Shown here: piece after piece, positions 49,749 to 63,111 of the stretch
Position numbering within the stretch: position 1 is the stretch's first letter
Layout of the letters: every line of letters starts with the position of its first letter
Source of the DNA: Azolla caroliniana
Taxonomy: Eukaryota; Plantae; Polypodiophyta
DNA: 64,000 nucleotides
Assembly (NCBI GenBank): GCA_043228905.1
Contig: JBHGNT010000065.1
Coordinates: 76,911 to 140,910 of the forward strand
Reading direction: 5' to 3'
The notes under the pieces: model-generated
What the model was told of the DNA's origin: nothing
Seen by the model: only the letters and a program-made list of their open reading frames with translations
The model's database searches: none
Made by a program: the position numbers and the translations under genes

Positions 49749-50459
49749 ACTTGATTTTTCATGCATGGTTTCACTAACCAAGTACCGAGTTCCGTGTTTT
49801 CCAGCTTGCATTCGTCGTGAGCCAGAGCCAGTCCTTTGTCGATGGAAGACTCGCGGATGAAGCGGTTCATTGCTGCTGCTTTCGTTCCGATACAAATTAG
49901 ATAGACCGAGCACTATACATGCCGCTATTGCTTCTATGAAATAAAGTAAATGGGGGGAAGGTCGACCCGCTTTCTACCAGGCGTGCGGAAAGCGATGAAA
50001 ACCTAACTAAACTAAAGGTCCAATTTTCTGGCTGCCTTATGGTTGAAGCAATGTTCGGTGGCCCGGCGACTAGTGGATGTGGGACGTGTAACTATCCGAT
50101 TCTGAAACGAACGCCGATGGTCTCATTGACCCAATTTACCGAGAGAGAATTCCGCTAACCATCGTAAGGTGATTAGGTCTGCTGGTTTTCATCGGGGCGG
50201 TCCTATGAGATGATTAGAGTGTATCTCATCACATTCCAGATCTATCAAATAATCGATTGTAAAAGAGTAATGGATACGGAGAGTTTGACTCATTGAGAGT
50301 AGGGCGCAGAAAGTCAAGTCTTGCGATACTTCTCAAGCCAGCCCTTCGTGGTGCCTGACGGAATTGTCTAAAGCTGTTCTCGGCTCTGGTAACAGAGTTC
50401 GCTCCGAAGCTGTCTTGGCTTTTTTTTTGGCCCTCACCGCCTCATGAAGACGAATGAAT

Positions 50460-50649
50460 GGGCCGCATAGATATTCTTCTGCTAATCTTCTCGAAAGCGG
50501 CGCAGTAGTAGCATCTAGGTGTGCAAATGGTTGTAGCGGGGGCTAGGTCAGTCAGATCATCCGCAGGTGCGCTTGAATGGAAGTTATTGATCTGGAATTC
50601 TTTCCTATAGAGACCTGGCCGGCCGGGAAGAACCAGTTGATAACCCACG

Positions 50650-50682
<33 letters not shown>

Positions 50683-50865
50683 ACGGCCGAAGAAGCGGTT
50701 TTCATCGGCATTCTACCTGCCAAAAAGAAAGCAGAGACTTCTGATTCCGCGATTTTGGGCGAAGCGGAAGATGTTGTCAATGAATAAAGGTACAGCTTGC
50801 TCGTTGACATCTCGGAAATATTCTGCCATTGTTGGGGCTAGGTTGAGCCAACTCTCATACGAGCT
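50460..50865 (-). pseudogene. atpB: Plastid atpB fragment, IR copy
   Basis: Inverted-repeat copy of 6845..7250. Confidence 0.9.
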
Positions 50866-51000
50866 CTTCAACAGAGCTAGTCCGAAAAATTGATAAACGT
50901 TAAGAACAACCCTCTTTCATGCATGTTGGAACAAAACCCTTCAATTCATCACGGCTTACAGTCTACCGGAATAACCTGCCATTATTCTATCGATTTCCTA

Positions 51001-51557
51001 ATGGATGAAGACATGACTGCATGAGATGTTCCAAGTTTCTCCGCCGCATGAACCGCCCCGCCGCTGAGGATTCTCATCAGAATCGTATTACTGCTTCCCA
51101 GAGAAGAACAGGTTTAACTGATGCTGTTCAAACAGGTATAGAATATTTCAATGGGGTATAGTATAGCGCTTGGTGTCATGGACTTTTAATTCATGGGAGG
51201 TAGTATGGGTTCCGTTTTAGGTAAGAAGATCACTCGCTTAATTGAATATGCCACGGATAAGTCTTTGCTAATAATCATTGTCTGTGCTTTCGAAGGGGCA
51301 CGTATGCAAGAAGGGACGTTGAGCCTAATGCAAATGGCCGAGATTTCCGCCGCGCCGGCCGTCAAGCCGTTCTACAGATCCATCAAGTTCAGAGAAGATT
51401 ATTCTATATATCAGTTCCCACCTATCTAACTACGAGTGGTGCTACTGCTAGTTTTGGTATGTTAGGGACATAATTATCGCTGAGTCCGAGGCATACATAG
51501 CATCTGCTGGGAAAAGGGTAATTGAATAAACGTTACGTCAAAAGATATCGGAAGCTT
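51001..51557 (+). pseudogene. accD: Plastid-derived accD fragment, frameshifted
   Basis: [90 protein letters not shown]. Confidence 0.92.
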
Positions 51558-52917
51558 ATCCTTCAGGGTAGGCGAAGCGTCATCCGTGCAGTCCCGGGGA
51601 AGTACTGGACCAATGGGATTTCTAAAGGACCAATCCTAGTACAGGGTGGTAGCGATTCCCATAGAGATCAATAAAAATGAGTTTTCTTTTGCAAAGCAAA
51701 AAGCACTAAGGGTCATATGATCATCTTATTGAGAAGAAAAGCAAAAAGCACTAAGGGTTATATGACCATCTTATTGAGAAGAAAAGCAAAAAGCTATAAA
51801 TACAAGAAAAGAAGGGAATCTCACGAAACAGATTAGATAAAACATGGACATTATCAAAAAGTTTACAGAACGAACTGGAAAGAATACAGAACAAATTGGA
51901 AAGATTACAGCAGGCAGGCAGGCAGGCAGGCAGGCAGTTTGACGAAGACATTATCATAAACTTAGTTCGTTTACAGAATGAATTGCACGAGGATTCATCA
52001 TGGCGATTCTTCGAGAGAACGACGCGGAGCTGTTACCGTTCTTTTCCGTAAAAACTTTTCTTCTGTTCTTGTCATTTTCGATCCTATAATACTTCGGGGC
52101 AGGGTCCGCCCCCGAAATTTAGTTGTATCAACCTAACCTTCTGCGCTAAACTAAATTAGAGCAACGAAAGTTGGTTGCTTTAGGCGAGCAACCTTGCCTT
52201 ATTCTCTATCGGAGCGGGTCTTCCCCCGACAGCAAGCAATTGTCCGTCGCATACATAAATGAATATCGATATTACCACAAAATACAAAAAAGAAAAGAAG
52301 AATGCAATGAAATTGCTGATATTGTCCAAATAAAAAAAAGCACTAAGGCATATTTGGTTTGGTCATCTTTAGAGAATAATTCAGCTGGCAGTAGCTGAAC
52401 TTTACCTAGTTGGTTGCTTTAGGGGATTAATTCCCTTATTCTCTATCGGAGCGGGTCTTCCCCCGAGAGCAAATGTCCGCCCCCTTTCCCCTCCGAGATT
52501 ATGAGAAATGTTTCCCTTGCAAATATCAAGAAATTGAGTTGGTCGGCTCCTCCCAGGGCGGGCGGGGTCCATCTCCATCATCTGCAACACAAGAGAAGAT
52601 CTCATATCTCTCTTCAACGGTGCTCCTGTCTCGTCTAAGGTAAGTCCTATAACCACCAAACCTTGTGCTCTCCCCTTCGCTATCACGTCTCTGTATCCTT
52701 TAGAGCGTATAGAATCCTCCAACATGTCACCAAACAAAATGTAGGTCAGGGGCTCTATAAAAATAGGATTGCTATCGCTGCCGCTTCTTCCTATAATAAG
52801 AGTTAGGGTGTACGTAAAGTTTAGGAAATGTCGGCTTAACGTTTTGCAAATTCAGAGGCGGCTCAAGTAACAAGAGTCAAAGAATGTATATGATACTAAC
52901 CGTACATTTTTTTTGTT

Positions 52918-52999
52918 GGTGGCTCAGCGCGCGCTGTTAACCGCTTCATCCGCGATTGGTCTACGGTTCAAATCCTGCTTCCGCGGATGAAGCGGGGAG
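52918..52999 (+). pseudogene. trnN-GUU: Disrupted plastid-type trnN-GUU
   Basis: GCTCAG...GCTGTTAACCG[insert]ATTGGTCTACGGTTCAAATCCTGCTT[insert]GGGGAG; removing the inserts gives a trnN-like anticodon arm, T arm and 3' end. Confidence 0.65.
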
Positions 53000-53309
53000 A
53001 TTTACCCATTTCCGGAAGAAGCCGGCCGAAGAAAAGAAGCGGTTTTCATCATGCGGAAGCGGAAGCGGAAGCGGAAGCGGAAGCGGAAGCGGAAGAAGCG
53101 GTTGTCTTTCACTCATATGCCAAATCAAATCACGTTGGACTATAGCCCATCAATCAGTGAAGAATGAACTATCGTGCTTATTTCAAGCAAGCTCCAATAA
53201 TTGATGAAAGAACCCATAGGTTGGTTTCCCGAGTCACGCATCGCAATATACTGGGCTTTCTAGTTCGGGGTTTAGCGATTTGCAATGTAACTTTTTGGGA
53301 ATTCGTTTT

Positions 53310-53598
53310 GGCGTGGGTTACTGGACATGCTAGTTTGATGTATCCCATTCGATATCTTCGAACCCGAGAGTCGGTAAACTTGACTCCACAATGCTTACGA
53401 GAATTGGAATATTCTTCTTCATTATCGACAGATCGGTAGTTTCCGCCCCCGAATATTCTTTCACGAAATGAACCATCTTTCTCTGGTTTATGAGTCTTGT
53501 AATGCAACGTAGAAGGTTAATCAACTTGCCCAGGTCTCCATTCCATTAGGTAACTCTCTTTCGGCCCAACTGCGAATCTGTTCAGGAGAGGACAGTCC
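53310..53598 (-). pseudogene. rpoC1: Plastid-derived rpoC1 5' fragment
   Basis: [60 protein letters not shown]. Confidence 0.9.
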
Positions 53599-53607
53599 AT
53601 CGTAAAC

Positions 53608-53784
53608 AGCCATCCTTGATTATTCACGATGATCTTTCTAAACAAGCCCAAGCTTATCGACAAATCTCTCTGTTACTAAGAAGACCATCTAGCAAGAAGC
53701 ATATCCGGGAGATGTTTTTCATTTACATTCTTGTCTTTTGGAAAGAGCGGCTAAATCAAGTCTCCAATTAGGTGAAGGTAGTAT
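53608..53784 (+). pseudogene. atpA: Plastid-derived atpA fragment
   Basis: [55 protein letters not shown]; QAQAYRQ and LGEGSMTAL are plastid-type. Confidence 0.9.
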
Positions 53785-54674
53785 GACGGCTCTATCCATT
53801 GTTGCGGAAATGGAAGGGAAGAGAAAGCTTGTTCGCTTAAAGACTTCTATAAAGGGATATAAAGGGCGGGCAACCGAGACTTCTATTTACCCTTTTCTTA
53901 GCCTGACAAAACGCACTTCAGGAAAGGGGAATTGACCTTTCAAACCTCCCTTCCGCCGCGAAGGCGCTTTAGCGTAGTGACCTCCCTTCCTTCCCTCCAA
54001 TAAATCCCTTTATAAATAGAAAAAGGTGGAATTTCATACTCTAATAGTAAGAATAAGTGTTCAGTAGGATCAAAACCACGAGCAAAAAGAAAGCGCACAG
54101 AAGCCTTGAGAGGAAAGGAAAGGAAAGGAAAGGAAAGGAAAGGAAAGGAAAGGAAAGGAAAGGAAAGGCGGTATCCTTGAGTAAAGGCGGAGAGTAGGTG
54201 CGAGCATTGAAGCTCAGGTTGGAACAAGAACTGGTCTTATTCTTTGTCGTCTTTCGGAGTATAGAAAGTTCGCGAAAGAGAGCCAATCCCTGATTACGTG
54301 TTTATAAAGAAACGGGGTACCGTCGTGCGTGGGGAGAATGCCGCCCGCCCTTCCGCGACGCTTACGTCTCCAATTAAGATCCCGCGTGCGTACAGGGAAG
54401 GGAAGGGAAGGGAAGGGAAGGGAAATCTGAAAAACAAATATTACCCAAAAACCTATCCACAGGGGGCAGGCTGTCCACCACACTTTACGCGAAATTTCCA
54501 TAATTTGGTTTTGCGCTATTCTCGAGCCACTCGTCCGGAGCAGGTAGGCCACACCATTTGCTCAGGGTTGGTGCTAAGATCGGACAGATAGAGAGCTCTG
54601 TGGCTCTAGCTCAAAGAGGTTTCGGGTTTTAGTTGCATCTAGCGCATAATTGAGATTTGAACCTAATAATTCGC

Positions 54675-54748
54675 TGTTTAGGAGTGGATTTGAACCACTG
54701 ACCCAAGGATTTTCAGTCCTTTGCTCTAACCAACTGAGCTACCTAAAC
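54675..54748 (-). tRNA. trnF-GAA: tRNA-Phe(GAA), native type
   Basis: Minus strand GTTTAGGTAGCTCAGTTGGTTAGAGCAAAGGACTGAAAATCCTT...CCTAAACA. Confidence 0.93.
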
Positions 54749-55772
54749 CATGAGAGGAGTCACTACCAACTATTACTACGTCGTCATTGCCCTCTTTGGT
54801 CAGAGAAGTAGCCAATTTCTTTTGCATCTCTTAGTGATTGGAGATCGTATGCGCTACGCAGGCCATCTTCAGTAATGTTTTTTGGTTGATTGAGGGCCGT
54901 CTGACTTTACCGTAGCCGATAAGTAGCGTTAATCGTCTTCATCGCGCTGATGAAGCAGCGGGTTCATCCACCACCTTGGTTCTTCCCCGCAAGCAACTTC
55001 CGCCGTATTATCCATAGCTGTTCATCAAGAAGGCCTAGAGTTAGTTTTCCGATAAGATTCAAGCTACAATTTCAAACAGCACCTTTTCTTCATGAAGCGC
55101 AAGAAAACTGCACTGCGGAAGAAGAAGAAGCGGTAAAAAGTGTAATATAAATGGCTACCAAAGTTCTTCTTTTGAACTTTCAAGAAGGCCTGAATATTCA
55201 TGGATTATTATACGATAATCTTTAATGCGGCTCAGATTGCGGAAAGAATTGAATGCTGGAATTTCGAAATTCCGTTGGTAAAATTCAGAAGGATCATGCA
55301 AGAAGGCAATATCATCTTCTGGCCATAATCTGCGAATCCAGCAAAGCAAAGCAAAGCAGCACTTTTCTTTTCACTTTAAACCGAGCCGGCGGCAATCTTG
55401 ATGAATCACTGGCAAGAAGATGCTTTGCACTTTTCTTTCCACTTTAAAGCAGCAATCTTTGAACTCGGAAATGGCACTTTTCCCTGCAAGCCTGAAACGC
55501 ACGCCTTCCCCAAAAGAAAAGCGGAACCACCTAACGAGTATTTTAAACAGCAAGCATGATGAACCGGCATGTTCATCAAACCAAACAGGTTCTTCATGCA
55601 TGCATGAAGGCCTTCATGATGATGAAAACCGCTTCATTGGAATGTCACCGTCTCATTGACAACACGAATGATAACGAATTGACAATATGAATAGTCACGT
55701 TAGTTTCCCATTCTTAAGCATGGATTATTATACAATAATCTTCATTTGCTTTTTTACTGTTGACAACATGTA

Positions 55773-55846
55773 GTGCGGGGGCAGGGTTTGAACCCGCAGT
55801 CTTCAGGTCATGAGCCTGACGAGTTGGCCATTTACTCCACCCCGCA
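55773..55846 (-). tRNA. trnfM-CAU: tRNA-fMet(CAU), copy 3
   Basis: Identical to 18678..18751. Confidence 0.85.
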
Positions 55847-56218
55847 AGCAAGCAAGCAATTGATCTCTCTCTAGCGAATCGGAATTTATTTTAGAAAAAA
55901 AGAAGCCAGAAAATAGATTGCCATAGCCATGGGTTCAAACCTTTCCCCGAAGCTGCCGGCCGAAATCAACCGTTGCCAGTCGTTGTGTCCAACGAAGCTA
56001 CGCGTAATGACTGTCCCTACCAAAAGACAAACAAACAAAGCATTTCTATAGGAGGTAACTGGGCCAATTCCCGCAAACCACCTATAGGTTAGGTGGCGGT
56101 GATCTATCGGCTTGTTCAATTCCCGCCGTTATCCGCTCACCCGCCTAACGCTCCTACAAACAAAAGGGAGGGTCTCCTTAGTAATTACGTGAGGGGGCCT
56201 CCTTCCCCATCTCTTGAA

Positions 56219-57405
<1,187 letters not shown>

Positions 57406-57639
57406 ATAGAGTCAAGCTTCTGCCGAGGAGAAGTGATCGTAGTTGTGCTCTCCGAACCGTGCGGAATAGTCGCCCATTACACGGCTCTCTAACTTGACTT
57501 TATCTGGGTCTTGTTTAACCCCAGAGGCCGAAAGGAGGGTGGAAACTTCCTCACAAGTTCCCTCCTCCTTTCCTCCTTGGGGACCCACTTTGTGATTTCC
57601 TGAAGTCCACTCTCTCCTGGAGTTTGCAGAGAGGAAAAT

Positions 57640-58346
57640 GGCTTTTCAGTTAAGTCAGGTAAAACTTGCTTGCCTTTTCGCCGAAAAAGCAATAGAAAAA
57701 AGTTATGAATACAAGAAAGAAGAAACCGCAACCGCAGCCCTGGATGATTCTTCCTGAAGTAAGTTCTAAAGAATGCCCTAACCAGATTGATTTATCCATT
57801 TCACGTAATTCGGTCGGTTACGTGTTTTTCATAGCACCTTTCATGTCGTGCCACATAAAGATGGATTACCTAAAATCAGTTGAATTCCTAAATCATGAAA
57901 ACAACTTTCACACGACGGCATCAAACGGGGCAAATCATCCATCTAGGAAGAACAGGATGTGGTTCCCAAAGAATGCTTTGACACCAGTGTTTCCTTCCTG
58001 TACTCCAGTGTTTTCGGAGCATCCTAATGGTTACACAAAATGGTCAAAACCTTAAAGACTTTGGGATTATTAGAAACGAATACTTCCCACACGTGTTCTC
58101 TAGGAGAGATTAGTCTCCCGCGAGTGCCTAAAGAATAGACAATCGACACTTTCTTTTTCAACGAAGGGAGTCCTTCACATTCCCATAGCCCTTTCTCTCT
58201 AGCTTTCTCTTGCTATACCGTCGCCGTTGCTGTTCTCAACCCTTTCATAATGTTACGCGGGCAGGAGAGCACTGAGGTAAAGTAACGGACGAGGGGGCAC
58301 TATGATGGGTGGAAGGGGCGGGCCGGTGATTTTCAAGAGCGGATAC
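57640..58346 (-). repeat. Partner of the 707-bp inverted repeat (24161..24867)
   Basis: Coordinate sum 82,507. Confidence 0.93.
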
Positions 58347-58944
58347 CTATCCCTAAACAAGGCACAAACCTTATCGACATACAGGTTCCTACTTGCTTGA
58401 AGGCCTATTAGCACAACTTTGTTGAAGATCGCCCAAAGTAGTACCTTCCTATAAATGTCAACGTCCAGTGTTCGCTCAACAATGTTATCCCTAGAATCCT
58501 CGAAAATTCATTGTCAGAAGCCCGGAAGACCCCTTGTAAGAACAGGAACCTGCCTTAGGCAAGCTACCACTTCACTTGGCCGGCAAGCTACCTGAATCTG
58601 CCGGTTCTTCGTAATGAGGAGAGGCCGGATCTCGATTCGTGCACTTTCCTATTGCCAGGTGGCTTCCTGGCCCTACCACTTTTGTTTTCAAAGGTGCTAG
58701 TTTTTTGTTTGTTTTGTTTTTTTGGCTGGCGCTTCAGTCATGAAATGAGTAACGAATAATAATAATATTCCGGCTGCGCGCTGTACTTTTCACTAACGCT
58801 TTTCGATGAAGCGGTTCATCGTGGCATGACTCGCCGCTTTCATTAACAGAATGGCTTTCTGCTGCTGCATAGGAGCGCGAAAGCAGCACCCATGTTGGCT
58901 GGGCTGGGCTGGGCTGGGCTGGGCTGGCGAAGTCTCAACACCCG

Positions 58945-58979
<35 letters not shown>

Positions 58980-59317
58980 CCTCTATGAGCTGCAAGTACC
59001 TACCCGCATAATTTCCTTTAAGAGACCCTATTACATGACTAGGTCATTCCTTAACAGTGTGTGGAAGGTTAGAGAACCATCCACGAGGACCAGCCCGAAA
59101 AGAAAAGCTGCCTCCTGAACAAGTCACCTATAGCGTTGACGTGGACAAGCCCGGGATGCGCCCTCAGAGGCTGACCTGCGGCCGGCGGAAGAAGCGGAAA
59201 ACCGCTCTTCTTTTCTTTGGCACTCTGGATCCACCTGCTAAACAAGCGGTGCTCCAGAAACCAGCAAATCGCCTACCAAAGATAGACAGGGAAAGCGTGT
59301 TCTGAAAGCAGCAGGCA

Positions 59318-59391
59318 GCACCGATAGCTCAATCGGATAGAGTACCTGGCTTCGAACCAGGTGGTTAGAGGTTCAAGTCCCCTTCGGTGCA
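59318..59391 (+). tRNA. trnR-UCG: tRNA-Arg(UCG), chlamydial-like xenolog
   Basis: GCACCGATAGCTCAATCGGATAGAGTACCTGGCTTCGAACCAGGTGGTTAGAGGTTCAAGTCCCCTTCGGTGCA; recalled as near-identical to chlamydial tRNA-Arg(UCG). Confidence 0.9.
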
Positions 59392-60039
59392 CACAAACCT
59401 TCCTTGAATGTTTCATAGAACGGTGTTGTTCTCCGGGAATTCTCGGTCGGCATGTTGGAGTGTCGGAGCCAAACCTTAATCTCATTTAAGTGGTATGGCG
59501 CTGCTAGATGACATTTGGTTCATTATCTTCTTCATACATAGAGGTAGGCAATTTCAGGCGCTACAACCCTACCTTAACCGGGCCACTTCACGTTTGGTTA
59601 TTATTAACGTGAGAAATCGATAGGACCAAGTAAATTAGCGTACCATTGGTTTGCTGCTTTCTTTGAGGTCCTTTCCAATTCGTTTCTGCAAACTCCTTTC
59701 TTTTCACCTAGTGAGAGGAAAGTGCCTTAAGAAGGCATTTCAAGACGAAAGTAGGTTGGTTGTGAGCAGCTGACTATATGCGCCCCTCGCACACTGTCTT
59801 AGCATAAACTGCGGGACGGGATTCATCAAATAAATAGGGGCGGCGGCCCGGCCCGGCCCGGCCCGGCCCGGCCGGATGAAGCCGGCCAAAAGGCAGGCAC
59901 AAGCCAAAGAACGACGATATCGGCCTTCATGCTTGCTTGCTTGCTTGCTTGCTTGCTGCCGTTGTATATCACCGCATGAAGGCCTAGAAATCCACATGAA
60001 GCAAGCACGATGAACCGCTTCTTCCGCATGAACCGCCTT

Positions 60040-60071
<32 letters not shown>

Positions 60072-60145
60072 ATGAAGCCGCACGGTTCAACGCCAAGGAA
60101 TAAAGGCAAAGTAACCGGCCGGCTCGTAAGTAATTATTTAATTTC

Positions 60146-60218
60146 AGGAGAATAGTTCCAATGGTAGAACAATGGTCTCCAAAACCAAAGGTTAAGGGTT
60201 CGAATCCCTTTTCTCCTG
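60146..60218 (+). tRNA. trnW-CCA: tRNA-Trp(CCA), overlap copy
   Basis: Copy of 117..189. Confidence 0.93.
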
Positions 60219-60972
60219 ATTACCTGGCTTGGTACGAAGAGGTTGCGGGTCTCTTTACCTTGTTTTATCACCGGAATAGTCGAGACGACCTAGAATAGGC
60301 CTCTCTCCAAGTCCATACATGTCTATTGCCAGGGTTCTTCCTCATCCATAATACTCTGCTTTCCAGATCTCGAGGATGTTGGAGTAGAACAGGCGGCATA
60401 TAATTCAAAAGAACCATCGGTATCAGTACCGATGCCGTACATGGTACTATTATGTATGTATGTATGTTAGGATACGCATCAGAGTAAAATGACGTAGCTT
60501 CGCCACTATCTAGTTGGATTTCCATTGAAACATTACCAAATTAGATTTTCCGCACCTATTTCTTTCAGAACAGCTAGCCAAGTCAGACCTTGGGCCTATC
60601 TCTATAGGTTGGTTTTTCAGATCCCATCACTCCAGGCTCAGTCGATCTTGGATCTTGCTCAATAGATCATATCTTTGGTATCTCACTGCCTGCGGTTCAT
60701 CGCTGAAGGCGTTTGTTTAACTGTCTGTGCGGGGTCCATCGCTTCGCCTAGTCCTTGCACATGGTAGCACTTGGTTGCACTCATTCCTTCTTCGCATGGC
60801 TTAATGCATGCAAGAAGTATCCGTTCCGTAAAGGCAACGTTTCTCCAAGAAAGAAGAGCGAGGCATGCGGCGTTGCCGATGAAAGGCGGCGATGCCTTCC
60901 AAGCCGAGTGAGAAGAATGACTCAGACAAGAAGGCTATGAATGAGCAATGCTTTGAATGCCGCCTTAGGATC

Positions 60973-61044
60973 CTGGAGTAAAAGGATTCGAACCTTTGCG
61001 TGTCGGTATCAAAAACCGATGCCTTACCGCTTGGCTATACTCCA
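60973..61044 (-). tRNA. trnQ-UUG: tRNA-Gln(UUG), overlap copy
   Basis: Copy of 944..1015. Confidence 0.93.
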
Positions 61045-61147
61045 TACAGTGGTAACCAAGGAAGAGAAGCAAAGCTCAGAGAACGGAATTTGCTTGCTGG
61101 GCGCAGCAAAGTAGTGAAAGACTGGCGAGTTAGGTATGGCAAGTAAA

Positions 61148-61221
61148 TAGGCTTAGTAGGGCTCGAACCTACAATATTACCGTTATGAGCGGTACGTTTC
61201 AACCAATTAAACTATAAGCCC
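61148..61221 (-). tRNA. trnI-CAU: tRNA-Ile(CAU), overlap copy
   Basis: Copy of 1119..1192. Confidence 0.88.
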
Positions 61222-62953
61222 ACTGCTGGCTGGCTGGCTGGCTGTTAGCCCTCTCAAGTAATGGAGTCGATGGATCTGTTGAGGGCAAAGCAGCCATATT
61301 TTTCTCCTTGAAAGATTAAGGACATAAACTTTTCAAATAGCTACACCTGGTTCTGGACCGATTGATGTGGATACAGAAGAGCAGGATGTGCTACCCATCA
61401 TGGATAGCATAGTTCGAGCAACACTGAACTGAAAGGTATGACTGAAGTGTAATCGTTTTGTTGGCAGGCAAATAGACGACATATTCCTAGGGGGTTTTTT
61501 ACCGATGCAGCACGCACGAAAAAATCGACTCGACTTTTCTTCGATGATTTAGACAGAGATTTCACCACCTACCACGAGTGGAATGGCAAGGTTCTGCCAG
61601 GACACCCAGCGGCAAGACAACCGTGAAAGGAAAGGCAGGGCCAAAGGATTATCATCCATCTCAGCCAGCGCGGAAAGAAAAGAAAAGAAGAGCTCTGCTT
61701 GCTCTTTTTGACAATAATTTCGCTACTCCAGTCATGGGCAGCATTATTACATGCATAGGGCGGACCCGAGCTCTTTTCGCTGCAGTTTTCCCTACGGCTT
61801 TCCTCCCCTCCTTTGGAAGTGTCAGCTAACTCCTGGAATCCCCCTTTCCCTCCTTCTAAGAAAACCATGCTCGGTTAGATCAGTGTGGACTGATGTTTCG
61901 TTCCACTGCTGCTGGAAAAGCCGCCAAATTCGTCACTGACTGGAGAGCGGGAACGACTCACTATCTCGTCTTATTCTCAGAGGCGAGAATGCTCTCAAAT
62001 GGCTAACGGTGCTTTCAACTAAAGTTCCATTTCTTAACACAGCGAGGCTTATACTGTTTATTCGTACGACAATGCGCGACGCTCCACTATCCCATTGAAA
62101 AAGGATTCCGCAATCATTTACGTACTTAAACGCAGACTGAGTAATAGTAATTCATGCCATTCCTCGGGCTCAGACCACAGAGCTTCCTAGGAACTGGGAA
62201 AATGCTATAAATCTGTTTAAATAGCTTCGCTTTTTGCCCTAAAAGTCGCTCTGAAAATGTCACTTAGAGTGTTTTGACTAAGGGAAACAAAACCCACTAG
62301 ACGAACAGCTACTAATATTTCCTCATTATATATTATTATTCATTCCAAACTCAAAACGCTAGAAATTGAAATAGCAAATAAAATCAATTCGCGCGTAAAT
62401 CGTACTTATATTCTGTTGCTCTTCCTTGTCTGTTCTCGATATTCATGGCAGTTTCTTGGCCTTCATGCAGGCAAGCAAAAGGGCGGGCGCCACCAGCATG
62501 CATTTCTGGACTCGTGCCCGAAGAAAAGAAGCGGGCGGTAAGAAGCGGTTTTCATCATCCGGCGGGAGTGAAAAGAAAAGTTAGGTCGGGAGGTAGTGCA
62601 CGCTCGCTGGTCCTGATATCAAAATTCTCGCCTTCGTGCCGTGTGTGTCTGGTTTCAATGAATTCCGCATGAAGGGGTGCGTGCGCGCAGGCAACAAGCC
62701 TGCCCTGGCAATTCCGGCCATAATCTGCGTGCGGTTTTCATCATCATGAAGGCCTTCATGATGAAAAAGGGGTTGGCGGGTTTGATGAACCGGTTGGTTT
62801 TCATCCGGATGAACCGGTTGGTTTTCATCCGGATGAACCGGCGGGTTAGCTTGCCCGTGAGGGCAGGCAGCTCTTTGTCCGCACGTATGTCGCCCGGGGA
62901 ACCGGGCGGGGGATCTGCTGGATTTCTATCTAATGTGCCAATCTGTATACGAA

Positions 62954-63026
62954 TGGAGACGATCGGACTTGAACCGATAACTTCATACTTGCAAAACATG
63001 CGTTCTACCGATTGAACTACGCCCCC
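62954..63026 (-). tRNA. trnA-UGC: tRNA-Ala(UGC), overlap copy
   Basis: Copy of 2925..2997. Confidence 0.92.
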
Positions 63027-63066
63027 ATCCTCGTTCCATATGCAACACGTATCATATGGGCAAACA

Positions 63067-63111
<45 letters not shown>

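Larger units (their letters stand above)
38898..50998 (-). repeat. Large inverted repeat, copy B (partner 6712..18812)
   Basis: Reverse complement of copy A. Confidence 0.96.

Noticed and set aside
58631-58650. Minus-strand GTGCAC as the 5' splice site of atp1i361g2
   Set aside because: It is not GUGYG, and the preceding sequence does not encode the atp1 exon 1 end.
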